From positions 59,065,703 through 59,129,702 of the forward strand of contig NC_057719.1 of the NCBI RefSeq assembly GCF_004010195.1: a stretch of DNA of 64,000 nucleotides, in the 5' to 3' direction. The stretch is from Chiloscyllium plagiosum (Eukaryota). Shown in pieces: positions 24,527-36,207 of this stretch. Within the stretch, counting starts at the first letter, position 1. Each line of letters opens with the position of its first letter. Under the pieces are notes generated by a model. The model was not told the origin of the DNA. It was given only the letters and a program-made list of their open reading frames with translations, and did no database searches. The position numbers and the translations under genes were made by a program.

Positions 24527-24762
24527 TTTTCAAATAGATCTGTTGGACTATTACCTGTTGTGAGACTTTTAATCTCATTATTGATAAACTATCAGGTTGC
24601 CTCTCAACCTCCTGTGCTCCAGTGAAAAAAGACCTCGCCTTTCTCCATAATTCAAACCTTCCATATCAGTGAACATCCTGGTAAATCTCTTATGAATCTT
24701 CACCAGCTTGATAATTTCCTTCCTATAACTGAGCGACCAGAACTGGACACAGTATAAACCTT

Positions 24763-25712
24763 CGAGAGAAAGTGAGGATTGCAGATGCTGGAGATCAGAG
24801 CTGAAAATGTGTTGCTGGAAAAGTGCAGCAGGTCAGGCAGCATCCAAGGAGCAGGAGAATCGACGTTTCGCGCATGAGCCCTTCCAATATCGTACACCCA
24901 CATGGCCCACTTCTTCAAAGACCGCAATTTCTTCCCAGACATGATCGACGATGCCCTCCACCACACCTCCTCCACTTCCCGCTCCTCCGCCCTTGAGCCC
25001 CGCCCCTCCAAATCGCCACCAGGACAGAATCCCACTGGTCCTCACCTACCACTCCACCAACCTCCATATACACCGTATCATCCGTCATCATTTCCGCCAC
25101 CTCCAAACGGACCCACCACCAGGAATATATTTCCCTCCCCTCCCCTATCAGTGTTCCGAAAAGACCACTCCCTCCGTGACTCCCTCGTCAGGTCCACACC
25201 CCCCCACCAACCCAACCTCCACTTCTGGCACCTTCCCCTGCAACCGCAAGAAATGCAAAACTTGCGCCCACACCTCCCCCCTTACTTCCCTCCAAGGCCC
25301 CAAGGGATCCTTCCATATCCGCCACAAANNNNNNNNNNNNNNNNNNNNNNNNNNNNNNNNNNNNNNNNNNNNNNNNNNNNNNNNNNNNNNNNNNNNNNNN
25401 NNNNNNNNNNNNNNNNNNNNNNNNNNNNNNNNNNNNNNNNNNNNNNNNNNNNNNNNNNNCATTCCTAATCTGCAATCTTCTTCCTAACCTCTCCGCCCCC
25501 ACCCCCACTCCGGCCTATCACCCTCACCTAACCTCCTTCCACCTATCGCATTTCCAATGCTCCTCCCCCAAGTCCCTCCTCCCTACCTTTTATCTTAGCC
25601 TGCTGGACACACTTTCCTCATTCCTGAAGAAGGGCTCATGTCCGAAACATCGATTCTCCTGCTCCTTGGATGCTGCCTGACCTGCTGCGCTTTTCCAGCA
25701 ACACATTTTCAG
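24763..25712 (+). mobile_element. 5'-truncated Penelope-like element with inverted 5' terminal repeat; N-gap inside
   Basis: 15-bp TSD cacagtataaacctt (24748-24762 and 25713-25727). RIPLVLTYH...FRKDHSLRDSLVRS...GTFPCNRKKCKTCAH is the RT-to-GIY-YIG linker. 24765-24884 is an inverted copy of the 3' repeat. Hammerhead motif at 25620-25656. Confidence 0.9.
25329..25459. other. Assembly gap or masked run (N)
   Basis: N-run inside a Penelope element. Confidence 1.
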
Positions 25713-26587
25713 CACAGTATAAACCTTGTATAAGATTGCCTCTCAATTCTTCTGCATTCCAATGAGTGCCGACCCAATTACTGAACTTGTTCAATACTGA
25801 GCACCTTCCAAAATTACTTTGCCACCTCTGCCTCCAGTTTGTCCAAGATTCCTATCGCTTAAATTATTTTTGGAAATTCAGACATATAGAGAATGCAAAC
25901 AAGAGTAATGAATGTACCAGTCTAGATTTCAGGGAACCTTGGATAAAGCATCACCTAATAGACCAGTGAAAAATGTTAAAGCAGAGTGAGGGAGTAAGTA
26001 GAAGGTACAACTAACTAAAAAAAACTAAAATAACTAAACTTCATGATGGGGCACTTGTGTAAATAAGGTGGTAATTATTCAGACAGCAGGAAGTGGTGTT
26101 CCACAAGGGTCAGTGCTGGAATCAATAGTTCTCATCTAGATAAAGGTTTCATACATCTAAATCAAAAGCACAGTTTCAAAATTCAACCGCAAGGAGTAGA
26201 ACATAATGGATGCTCGGTAAGAAAATAGAGGAGAAGGGAGAAGGGAATGGATACTGTTAAAGTTTGGTGAGGAATGATAGAAGAAGGCTCAAGTAGATCA
26301 TAAACATCAGCACAGACGTTTTAGGCCACATGATATAATTCTATACAGCGCTTTTTCTTGAGAATTCAGGTTTGCCAATAAATACCGGCTTAGCCAGCAA
26401 TGCCCACTTCCCATGAACAAATAAGAAAACCTAAACATGAACATAAACATGACGAAGAGTTTACCAATTATTCTGCAGATAACTTTCCACCTCTATACTT
26501 TAATGAAATGGAGAATCTTTAGACAATGTAAATAGTGCTTAAATATGTCAGGTTTAAATATTGAGGAATGCTACAAGGCTTTACTGT

Positions 26588-26690
26588 GTTAAAAATTACA
26601 CAACACCGGGTTATGGCCTGACATAACCTGGTGTTGTGTGATTTTTAACTTTGTACACCCCAGTCGAACACCGGCATCTCCAAATCATTA
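26588..26690. repeat. Penelope-type (family C) terminal fragment forming a 28-bp hairpin
   Basis: gttaaaaattacacaacaccgggttatg, 6-nt loop, cataacctggtgttgtgtgatttttaac. Flanked by ttactgt repeats. Shares sequence with 24545-24572. Confidence 0.7.
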
Positions 26691-26769
26691 CCTTACTGTC
26701 ATCACCACAACATATGAAGCTCAAGTCCTGACAATGTCAGTTCATTATCAGTCTCAGTCGAATGAATTG

Positions 26770-27112
26770 AGCCTACTTGAGGCTGACTTGTCAGACCATG
26801 TGCCAAGGGAATGCTGCACTGTTGGAGATACTGTATTTTGGGTGAGATATTACTCATTCAGCTATAAATACACAATCTCATGCATTGTTTTTATTAAGAC
26901 CGTAGAATAAATTCCTGTTCTCTTGTTCAATACTTATCCCTCAACCAAAGCAACAAGTATCAGATTTTCTGGTTCTTATCATAATGCTTTTTAAGCGACT
27001 ATGCTTATTGGCTTCTCTGTATCCTGCAACTTTCATTGTAATTAATTGGCTATAAAACATATTGGCATTTCCTGAGGTCATGGAAGATGCTATAATTAAT
27101 GCAGGACTCTCT
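26770..27112 (+). mobile_element. Deu-domain SINE (SacSINE1-like), old
   Basis: gggaatgctgcactgttggag...atccctcaacc...attggctataaa...cctgaggtcatggaagatgctata...aatgca resembles the DeuSINE body and tail. Confidence 0.55.
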
Positions 27113-29440
27113 CTGTCCTCAAACTTTAAAGACCAGTGCATGGCTCACTACACCATCTAACATCCATGACAATCGAAATCTTTGTGTGCTACTTAGAATT
27201 CAAGAATATTGGCGAAGGATTTATGATTTTCAGCAAAGTAGTGCAATGGAATTTAGGTATGATTTTGCTTTGCACACTTATTAAATCAAGTAAACAAAGT
27301 AAGTCAGCCTGCTATCCTCCCTACTAGCACCCCCTTTCTCTGCTACTTTCTCACCATAGCAAAACATATAGGGCAGGGATATAAAAGTCCATTTGTGACA
27401 AGCATTTCAGTGTCACCAGCACTGAAACACTAATTGGCTTTTTTGTCTCCACTGTGATCTGCAGAAATATTTTGTGAGTATCTACATTTAATGGCCTATT
27501 TAATATCTTATTTCTGTCTCATCCCTATGGACACATGAACGAACTAATATTTTATTCATAAGGTTAATTATGATACCTGTGTATGCAATTCCTAAATGCT
27601 CTACTTCTCAAAATCTTAAAATATACTTTCATAATATCATGTGATATCACCTTAGGAGAACATCCATTTTGGATTATTGTTATTACCAGTGAAGATAAGC
27701 AGGAGGTAATGTTCTCCCCTTTTATTAGTTTGTCTGTAAACAATAAAATTCAAAAATTAAAGACAGGATTTGAATGGAGGTTGGTATACTGACAGGATAT
27801 GTCCCAAAGAAGAACTGTTTAGTTTTGTTTGGAAAGACACAGATCCAGATCCTAAATATCTTTTAAAGCAATGGTTAATATTGGGCAATCAGGCAAATTA
27901 ACTTTCTTTTTTACTTAAGGAGAGTGACAGAATACTGTGAACAAATAGTATTTTGTCCATTTGACCATGGTCTATTGATGGCCCTCATATCTTCAAAAAA
28001 GGTTTGCAAGGCCTGATGGACAACATATTGTTGGTTCACTTGGACTTCTGTCTCCATCACTAATTCTTTACCTTCCAGATCTGTCTTGGGTGTCAAGCTT
28101 GATCGATTGGAATGCTGCCTAGGTTGTTCTGCCAACCAATGAAGGCTGCTTATTTCTGTTCCAGGAAGTCACATATTTCAGCATCATTTTCAGTGAACCA
28201 GTTCGAACCCAAATAAACGGACATGGGGATGTATTACAGCTAACTTTATTTGACCCCTCCATTCTGAGAGTTGAATGCGTGAAGATTTTCAAATTGATTG
28301 TGAGCTGCACTTGTAATTACTCCCTTTGTTCAATTTCATTACAGGTCAGACATTAATCTACTTCCTTTTGGACACTCGGTTCTAAAGATATCTTCGTGCT
28401 AGGTAGAAGTTTATCATGAAACAAACAAGGTATTGATCTGTCCAGCAGACATCAGTGACCCATAGATCAAGTGATTAGTTAGATTTTTGACCAAAACAAT
28501 GAGTTAACCCAGGGGGTGCCAATGCTTTGTCTAGGATGCCTCCATGAAGTTTTGTATTTGACCTTCTGGCAGAAGAGGACCATTGTAGCACTAAGGCAAT
28601 ACTGAACACACTTTGTCACCAGGGGGTACTATTTAAATGGACCTTTCTCACACTATCTTTGCGAATGTTTCTTTTCTAGATGTTGGAGTTATGGCCAACC
28701 CTTGCATTAAAATCTGATGGAAAGATGAACTTTTCTGCTTTTAGAACAGAAGTGATGACTTCAAGGTCTTTCTTTAGCATCTTCATCAGAGTCAAGCATT
28801 GCCAAAAGATTCCCCGAAAGGTCTTAAAGCCCAAGTGGCATAGGGAGACTGTGTGGTATATTTAATCTACCCAACAAAAGTTCCATCCTGAGGAGAATTG
28901 TCATTTCTTCTGCCCAGTTCCCTCTACAAAACCCTCCAGGCCCTCTTTTCATTTGTCTCCCTCTGCATTAAAATATAAATAAAAATTCCAGGCATATCAA
29001 ATGGAATTCAAACAGAAGAGCTATAAACATAGACAAACCCTGCCTTGGAATGCTACCATACAATCTCACGGACCTGGCAGATTATTATGAGCTTCTATGT
29101 GTTGCATCTCTATCCTCATTCATTCATTGTCCTACTCAAACACAATCTTGTCTCCTCCTGGGTCTTTTAGCCAACTGCAGATTTCAGCTACAGGTTTAAC
29201 TGGTGCAAGGCAGGCTGCTTTGTGCTTGCTCTTTGTTTTTGCTGTGATTTTTTTAAAAGATTGAAACTCTGCTTAAAAGTATCTTCCTAGGCTCCTGTCA
29301 CCTGAACCATGTTGGTCTACTGCACCATACTGTGAGACATGGCTGTTGTGAGTCCCCACTACTACTTCGTTACTTCAAATTTCACGGTTACACAAATACA
29401 GGAGCTGACACCACACTGACAGCCAGTGGAACACAGATAG

Positions 29441-29581
29441 AGGCAAAACAAAACTGGAACCCAAAGTAGATAAGCAGGAGGCTGGAAGAACACAACAAGC
29501 CAGGCAGCACCAGGACAGTTGACTTCTCCACCTCCTGGTGCAGCCTGGCTTGCTGTGCTCTTCCAGCCTCCTGCTTGTCGA
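29441..29581. repeat. Inverted-repeat insertion related to Penelope terminal repeats
   Basis: 47-bp arms at 29469-29515 and 29533-29579 with 4 mismatches. Flanking direct repeat cagtggaaca at 29424-29433 and 29582-29591. Confidence 0.7.
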
Positions 29582-30129
29582 CAGTGGAACATGGATGGCT
29601 GTGCCCTCTTAACTGGCTGCCAACAGGGATGTGATTCAGTGAATTAAAGTGATCTGCACTCAATCAGAAGCTCAGTGGCTCATCAGCACTTCAATGCTCT
29701 CCAAGACAGACGAACAACTTTGGGGAAGTCAGGGCCTACTTGCCAGGCCCCCATAATCAGGTTAAGAGACATGGCACATCCACAGTCGGGTTGCCACAAG
29801 GACAGCAATTATTGCTGAAAAGTCTTGTGACATGGAGTGGTCATCAAGGAGGATTCTCCTCAGAACTCACTGGGAGGCTGCTAGGTTTACCCATTGATCA
29901 ATGGACCGGCCCCAATGTGGAAAAATGTCTGCTGAGGCAGGAAATAATCTTTGATTGTTTAAGTGGTTCATCTGGCTGGGGGTGTTCAACTAATTCTCAA
30001 TGGTGGCAAAATTACATGGCAGCAGATGGGCTCCTGTACCACTCTTGATGCCCACCTCCCACCATTTTGTGAGATTTCCAGTTTATCAGTTCATTGCCAA
30101 AAGGCTGGGAATGTTAATCCCTGACTGCC

Positions 30130-30460
30130 CAACAAGATGTAAATGACTGAAGGATAGGAAAGATTTCCCAGGCGTTCTGGCCAATAGTTGCTACTCAAAC
30201 AACATATTGATCAATATTATCCAGTTCGGCAAACAGAACCACAACAACGAGCACCCGAGCTACAAATCTTCGCATAAACATTGATCAATATTATCCAGTC
30301 ATTATCTCATTTCTGTTTGTGAGACCTGCTTGCATGCAAATTAGCTGCTCTACCACACTACTACATTTCAACTTTAAAATCAGCTGGAAAGCACTCGTGA
30401 GGTCCTGAGGATATTCAATGTGCTATAAGAATGTATATTTGCCTCTGTCTTTTCTTTTTG
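30130..30460 (+). mobile_element. Deu-domain SINE fragment containing a 54-bp younger insertion
   Basis: attatctcatttctgtttgtgagacc...gcaaattagctgc...gaggtcctgagg...gctataagaatg. Insert at 30226-30279 has a 20-bp TSD. Confidence 0.55.
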
Positions 30461-31369
30461 ACTTCTAGTCTATATCAGCTTTAGTTTCTTCTCTTTCAGG
30501 TATTTTATCCACCAAAATCTCTACAGCACCCTGCACTATTCCTCTATGTTTCCAGTTTCCTGCTGCCCACTGTTCCAGGCTTTATTCTCACTTGGATATG
30601 CCAGCAATGTCCCTTCATGTTTCTGTTACCATTCTCCAACGATATTCATCATTTGAGGTATTCATCCACAGCCTGCCTTAGAAGCAGGAATCATGACTTG
30701 CTCATCTTATTCTGATAGAGATGTACTTCTGGCTCCATTGCCTCTGTTATTGAAATTGCTGTTGTATAAATGGTACCAATTTTGTTTGGTCTAGCTACCC
30801 CTTTCAAAAGCTGTGAAAGGTCTGTACATCGTCAAAAGCAAAAAGAACTCCAAATTCTGGTTTGGAGAGCTACAGCTGCTCAGTTAGTGAACAGTCTGCT
30901 AAATAAAAATGGAAAGAACTGTGGATGCTGTAATTCAGATATTCTGCTAATTTGCTTGCTGATCTGGCATCGTTGGAAGCTTGGTGTTGATTATTGCACA
31001 CTCTCTGCATTGTAATTGTATCTCATTGCCATTAGCAGGTAGTTGCCAACTTCACAGGTGGCAAAATGCAAATGTTCAATTTGACCAATTACAATACGCA
31101 TTCATGTAAAAGTCAATGCCATGGAAGTTGAGCCCATGGTTTTTGACTTAAACCACTGTAATTTTTCATAAACTACCCATCCTCATGAAGTATATCAGGG
31201 ATAAAAGTGCAGACTCAAGGCATATTCCTAGGGATATTAATGATTTCATTGCAAACGAATGAAAATGAAACTCACTTATTCTCACACCAATCCTCCCACC
31301 CAGTAAGGCAGTTTAAGATTTTTTTCCATCCTGTTTATTCACTCACTGCTGGCACCTGTGGAAAATGGA

Positions 31370-31740
31370 TGAGTAAAAAGAAAATAGAAAGACATGCATT
31401 TATATAACACGAAATCAGGAAATCCCTTTTGCAGGCAATTCAGCAACTTTACAAGGTAGCCATTGTTGCAATGCAAGAAACAAGGTAACCAAATTTCCAC
31501 ACAGCAAATCGCAATGAAATAAATGAGCAACGAACTTATTTATGGTGTTGGCTAAAGGACAAATATTAATCAAGACATCAAAGAAAACTCCCTGTTCTTC
31601 TTCAAAATTGCACAATGGGATTTCTCACATAACTTGAGGGGACAGAGGTACCTAATTTTAAGCTAATTCAAGAGGTAAGGTCCCTGAAAGTGCAGCACTT
31701 GGTACTAGATTGAATTGGAGATAAGACTTTATGCTCAAAT
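31370..31740 (-). mobile_element. Deu-domain SINE (SacSINE1-like), old
   Basis: Minus strand reads gaagaagaacagggag...ttgctgtgtggaaatttgg...ttatataaatgcatgtctttc. Confidence 0.55.
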
Positions 31741-31939
31741 CATGAGAACAGGGCTTGAACGTTCTGATTCAGCATTATCAACAAGCCATGACTGACACAA
31801 TCCCTCTTTACATCCTCCTCCAGTATGCCTACTGACCTGTGACCATAGGCCTTAACATCCTTCACCTCATTAAAGTCATATTGACTTCGTGATCCTTTCG
31901 AAAAGTAGTTCACTATGACACATTGTTCCTTAGGCCTTG

Positions 31940-32195
31940 GAATCATAGAATAGAATAGAATCATAGCATCCTCACAGTATGGAAGGAGGCCATTCAGCCC
32001 ATTGGGTCCACACTGCTTGTCCAAAGAGCATCCCACCCAGACTCTATCCGCGTAACCTTGCATTTCCCATGGCTAATCCAGCCAGCCTGCACATCTCTGG
32101 ACACTATGAGCAATTAATGCCTGGCTAATCCACCTAACCTTTGGAATGTGGGAGAAAACCAGAACTTCCTGCCTGGCTATGCTGCCTAGCAGAAG
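31940..32195 (-). mobile_element. HE1-like SINE, 5'-truncated
   Basis: Homologous to 6143-6410; (ATTCT)n tail. Confidence 0.75.
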
Positions 32196-33865
32196 CCCAC
32201 ACAAATCATCACAGTAGGGTTGTTGCCTGTATCACCAACTCTCATCCAGACTGTCCCCCAAATCCTCTTGCACATTATTCTCCCTTAACATTTGACCTCT
32301 GCTTTAAAAGATTAATTCTCCACCATTACCACATCAGCCCAAATTTCTTGTTAAGATATATTTTCACTCCTTTTCTCCTTCATTCCCCATATCAAGTGAC
32401 TTTTCATCCTTAGTGATTTCAATCTGCATCACAGCTCACTTCTTCTCCACCCTTAAGTTCTATATGAATCATTCTAACCACACTTTTTATGACCTCCTTA
32501 CAACCTTCTGTTTCAAGCAGGTTGTTGACTCCTGTATTTCCTTCTTTAGTTTGGTGCCTGTTTTTGTATGATTATGCTCCTACAAAGCATGTTGGACATT
32601 TTCCTGCATTAAAGGCTACAAGAAAACAATTTGGTGTTGTAATTACGTAATTTGTCATGTTTACCAAGTGCTTAATAGTTGGCATTTGCAGCTCTATCAA
32701 AAGAGTCTCAAAGTTAAAGGGAAGAAATTGTGGATATTTTATGAAAGGAAGTGATAAATTTCGGTAACTGTAGAAAAAGAATAGACATGGGAGATAGTAT
32801 TTCTACAATGAATACTCAGGGAAATGTCAAGATTTATTGTTTGAACAAAATCCTAAAAGTTTATTGATTGAAGTTTTCAAATGGGAGAGGGAGTAAGTAT
32901 GCATTGGCACAAAAAAATCAAAACCATCCTATTAAGATTATGACAGTGCATATCAATTTCAGAAATGCTTTAAATTCAAAATATAAGTTGAAAAGGAAAT
33001 AACTAAAATAAAATCACCATTGATGCATTAATATAGCTTTAGTTATAAAAGACAAATGCTACTTATTGTTAATATTTAATCTAGAAATTACAATTTGAGA
33101 CCAAGATAGGGAAATGCACCTGAATTTCATGCTTGTATTTGTTTTCTTGGGGCAGGTCTGTTTAGTGAGTTAATAGTTCATCTGAGATAGTAGATTGACA
33201 TATATCTGATAAATAAATTGTTTGATTACTGCTATCCACCATAGTAATTTCTAGGTTTTAATCTTAGAATACATTTTATGTAAAAATTTCCAGTGTTAAA
33301 TAGTTGAAATTCATTGCAAAATTCCTAAAGTGCAGGTATAGGATTTTGAATTATTGAAACCCTTTTATTGAAATAAACTAAGAATGGAAGTGAATAACAG
33401 TGCTAATGAACACTAAAATATTTTAACTGTAGTTCTAGAAATGTCCAAATGCATCTTGTGAAATAAAAGTAATTCTGCTCATATAATCATGTACAGAAAA
33501 TTAAATTTATTAGTTAAATTGTCAATAGATTGACAACTCAAACAGCTAATGGTTCAGTGATGCAATAAATATGAAGAGAAGACAAACAATAGCAGTACTA
33601 TCAGCTGATTTAAGCATTTGAACAGAAGGCTAAATTAGCTGAAATATAACTTGAATAAATGTCATGCACTGTATTCAGAAAACTAAAACGGTATCAGATT
33701 TGTGCAAACACCACCCATAAACACTGCTATTTGTTCTGCAGAATGGAATTACACTGAGATCACTGGTCCTCCAGTAATTTGCAGGAGGGTTACAAAGTCA
33801 CATTGCAAATTTCCTCTTTCAAAAGCTCTGTTTACCTATCAAAGTAATCCTATAAAATTCAAATA

Positions 33866-34310
33866 GGACTACACAGGGTAGATGCAAGAGGATGCGCCCC
33901 ATGGCGGGGGACTGCAGAACCAGTGGTTACAGTTTAAGGGTGTGGGGTAAATCATTTACGACTGAGATTAGGTAAAATGTCTTCAACTAGAGAGTGGTGA
34001 GCCTGTGGAATTCATTACCTCGGAGAACAGTAGCTTCCAAAATATTGTACAATTTCAACAGGAGTTGGATTATAGTACTGGGGGCTAAAGGGATCAAAGG
34101 ATATGAAAGAAAAGTAGGAACTGGCTTTTTAAATTTTTTTTATTTTTAATAACACACCTACTGTGCGGTCCAGACAGCTCAGAGTCAGTCCCCTCCTTAA
34201 CACAAAATGGAGAGTAGGAACGGGCTATTTAATGAGATGACCACCCACTCTCATAATGAATGGGCGGAGCAGGCTCCCAGAGCCATATGGTCGTCTCCAG
34301 CTCCTACTTC
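33866..34310 (+). mobile_element. CR1 LINE 3' fragment
   Basis: acagggtagatgcaagaggatg...agaaccagtggttacagtttaagg...gactgagat...agagtggtgagcctgtggaattc...gggatcaaaggatatg. Confidence 0.75.
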
Positions 34311-34599
34311 ACAGTCTACCTTGAAAAGAAGCGCTGAGAAAATGTGGTGTTGACACTAATTAACAGAACTTGGCGTCTAAGAGTTGACGCACTGGTTTAA
34401 CACATCGAGGAAGTAAAATAGAAAAGCAAAAATCAGTTAATTTAGCAATACCTGTGCACAAGACATTTTAAATATTATACCGATTTGCACGAATTGAAAT
34501 AGCATTATTATAGTACGGTGAAGATGAATTATTAGAGCGTTGAAGTTTATCTTCTATAATTAAATGATGCTAGGATTCTGGAATCCTGCCATACTTGGA

Positions 34600-35100
34600 T
34601 TAAACTTTCACACGAGCCACACACACACACACACACATTTGGAGGCAGAGTGCTGCATGTATTAAGTGACAAAGCGTACACGTGATTCCGAGTTTGCACC
34701 AATGCCTGAGGAAGTCGGAGAGATGTCCTTGGTGTGGAATCGTATGAGGAAAGCTGTTAGTGGAAGTGTGTTGTGCCCCTTCTCCTGCGCTCCGACAGTA
34801 AGGTCCCCCGCTTTGTCCCCGCTGTCTTTCTGACTCGGAGCCCAGCCCAAGCCGGCTCCCTGCCAGTCTCCAGCTCCCCGCTCCTGACGTTTGCCTCTTC
34901 ATCGTTCTCGGGTTTTTTAAATCATTCCTCGGCAGCTTGTCTGTGAGGGAAGGCTGGTGGATGGCGCGCCTGCCGACTCCAAGGAGTCAGAGGGGAGAGG
35001 GAAAGCGAAGGGAGCTGCAGGGGGCGCGGCTCGGCTTGGCAGTGCGCTCCGGCGGAGCACCGACCCGACCAGGAGCAAGCTCACGTTAGCACCTCGCAAG
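34600..35100 (+). promoter_or_regulatory. SSTR1 proximal promoter / 5' leader, CpG-rich
   Basis: Sharp rise in GC and CpG. (CA)n at 34618-34637, CACGTG at 34679-34684, TGACGT at 34885-34890. Candidate 5'UTR intron 34798-34935. Confidence 0.55.
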
Positions 35101-36207
35101 ATGTATCCCAATGATTCTGCCAGGCATCTGGCCATTCTAGATACTGCCATGGATGCTGCCAATTTTACTTGGAATGGGACTTCAAGCGATACCCAGTGCA
35201 GTGCCATCCTTATCTCCTTCATCTATTCAGTGGTCTGTTTTGTGGGACTCTGTGGGAACTCCTTGGTTATATATGTGATCCTCAGATATGCCAAAATGAA
35301 GACAGCCACGAATATATACATCTTGAACTTGGCCATCGCCGATGAGTTGCTTATGCTCAGCGTGCCCTTCCTGGTGACCTCGACCTTGCTCGGGCACTGG
35401 CCTTTTGGTTCTTTGCTCTGTCGCCTGGTCCTCAGCGTGGATGCCATCAATATGTTCACCAGCATCTACTGCCTGACTGTCCTCAGTATGGACAGGTACA
35501 TTGCGGTGGTGCACCCTATCAAAGCTGCCAGTTACAGAAGACCCACCATAGCCAAGCTGGTCAACCTGGCAGTCTGGCTGCTCTCAATCATGGTCATCGT
35601 GCCCATCATTATCTTTGCAGGCACAGCCAGCAACTCGGATGGCTCGGTTTCCTGCAATATACAGATGCCGAAACCTACCAAGCGGTGGCTAGCCGGCTTC
35701 GTGGTCTACGCGTTTTTAATGGGCTTCCTCATCCCGGTGGTGGCTATCTGCCTGTGCTACATCCTCATCATTGTCAAGCTGAGAGTGGTGGCTCTGAAAG
35801 CAGGCTGGCAGCAGCGCAAAAAGTCCGAGAGGAAAATCACCTTGATGGTGATGATGGTGGTGACGGTGTTTGTGATGTGCTGGATGCCCTTTTACATTGT
35901 GCAGCTGGTCAATGTCTTTGTGGACCAGCAGGAGCCCACCGTCAGTCAGCTCGCCGTCATCCTGGGCTACGCCAACAGTTGCGCCAACCCCATCCTCTAC
36001 GGCTTCCTGTCGGACAACTTCAAGAGATCGTTCCAGAGGATCTTGTGCCTGCGCTGGATGGACAGTGTTGCAGAGGAGCCCATAGATTACTATGCCACAG
36101 CTCTCAAGAGCAGAGCGTACAGTGTGGAAGACTTTCAACAGGACCCGTTGGAATCCAATAGCATGTACCGCAATGGTACCTGTGCCTCCCGGACCACCAC
36201 CCTGTGA
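35101..36207 (+). CDS. SSTR1: Somatostatin receptor type 1 (class A GPCR), 368 aa, uninterrupted CDS
   Basis: [55 protein letters not shown] and NPILY motifs, plus the SSTR1-specific tail [22 protein letters not shown]...RNGTC.SR.TTL. The ATG at 35101 (MYPND, compare human MFPNG) has A at -3; the ORF-track start at 34957 is a GTG. Confidence 0.98.
   Translation: MYPNDSARHLAILDTAMDAANFTWNGTSSDTQCSAILISFIYSVVCFVGLCGNSLVIYVILRYAKMKTATNIYILNLAIADELLMLSVPFLVTSTLLGHWPFGSLLCRLVLSVDAINMFTSIYCLTVLSMDRYIAVVHPIKAASYRRPTIAKLVNLAVWLLSIMVIVPIIIFAGTASNSDGSVSCNIQMPKPTKRWLAGFVVYAFLMGFLIPVVAICLCYILIIVKLRVVALKAGWQQRKKSERKITLMVMMVVTVFVMCWMPFYIVQLVNVFVDQQEPTVSQLAVILGYANSCANPILYGFLSDNFKRSFQRILCLRWMDSVAEEPIDYYATALKSRAYSVEDFQQDPLESNSMYRNGTCASRTTTL

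Noticed and set aside
5520..33800. Exons of TTC6 or another upstream neighbour
   Set aside because: No TPR-like or other host-protein peptide could be recognised; the coding-like stretches resolve as retroelement relics. Short exons cannot be excluded without alignment.
34957..35100. ORF-track N-terminal extension of SSTR1 (416 aa)
   Set aside because: It starts at GTG and has no similarity to SSTR1; homology begins at ATG 35101. Kept only as a speculative non-AUG isoform.
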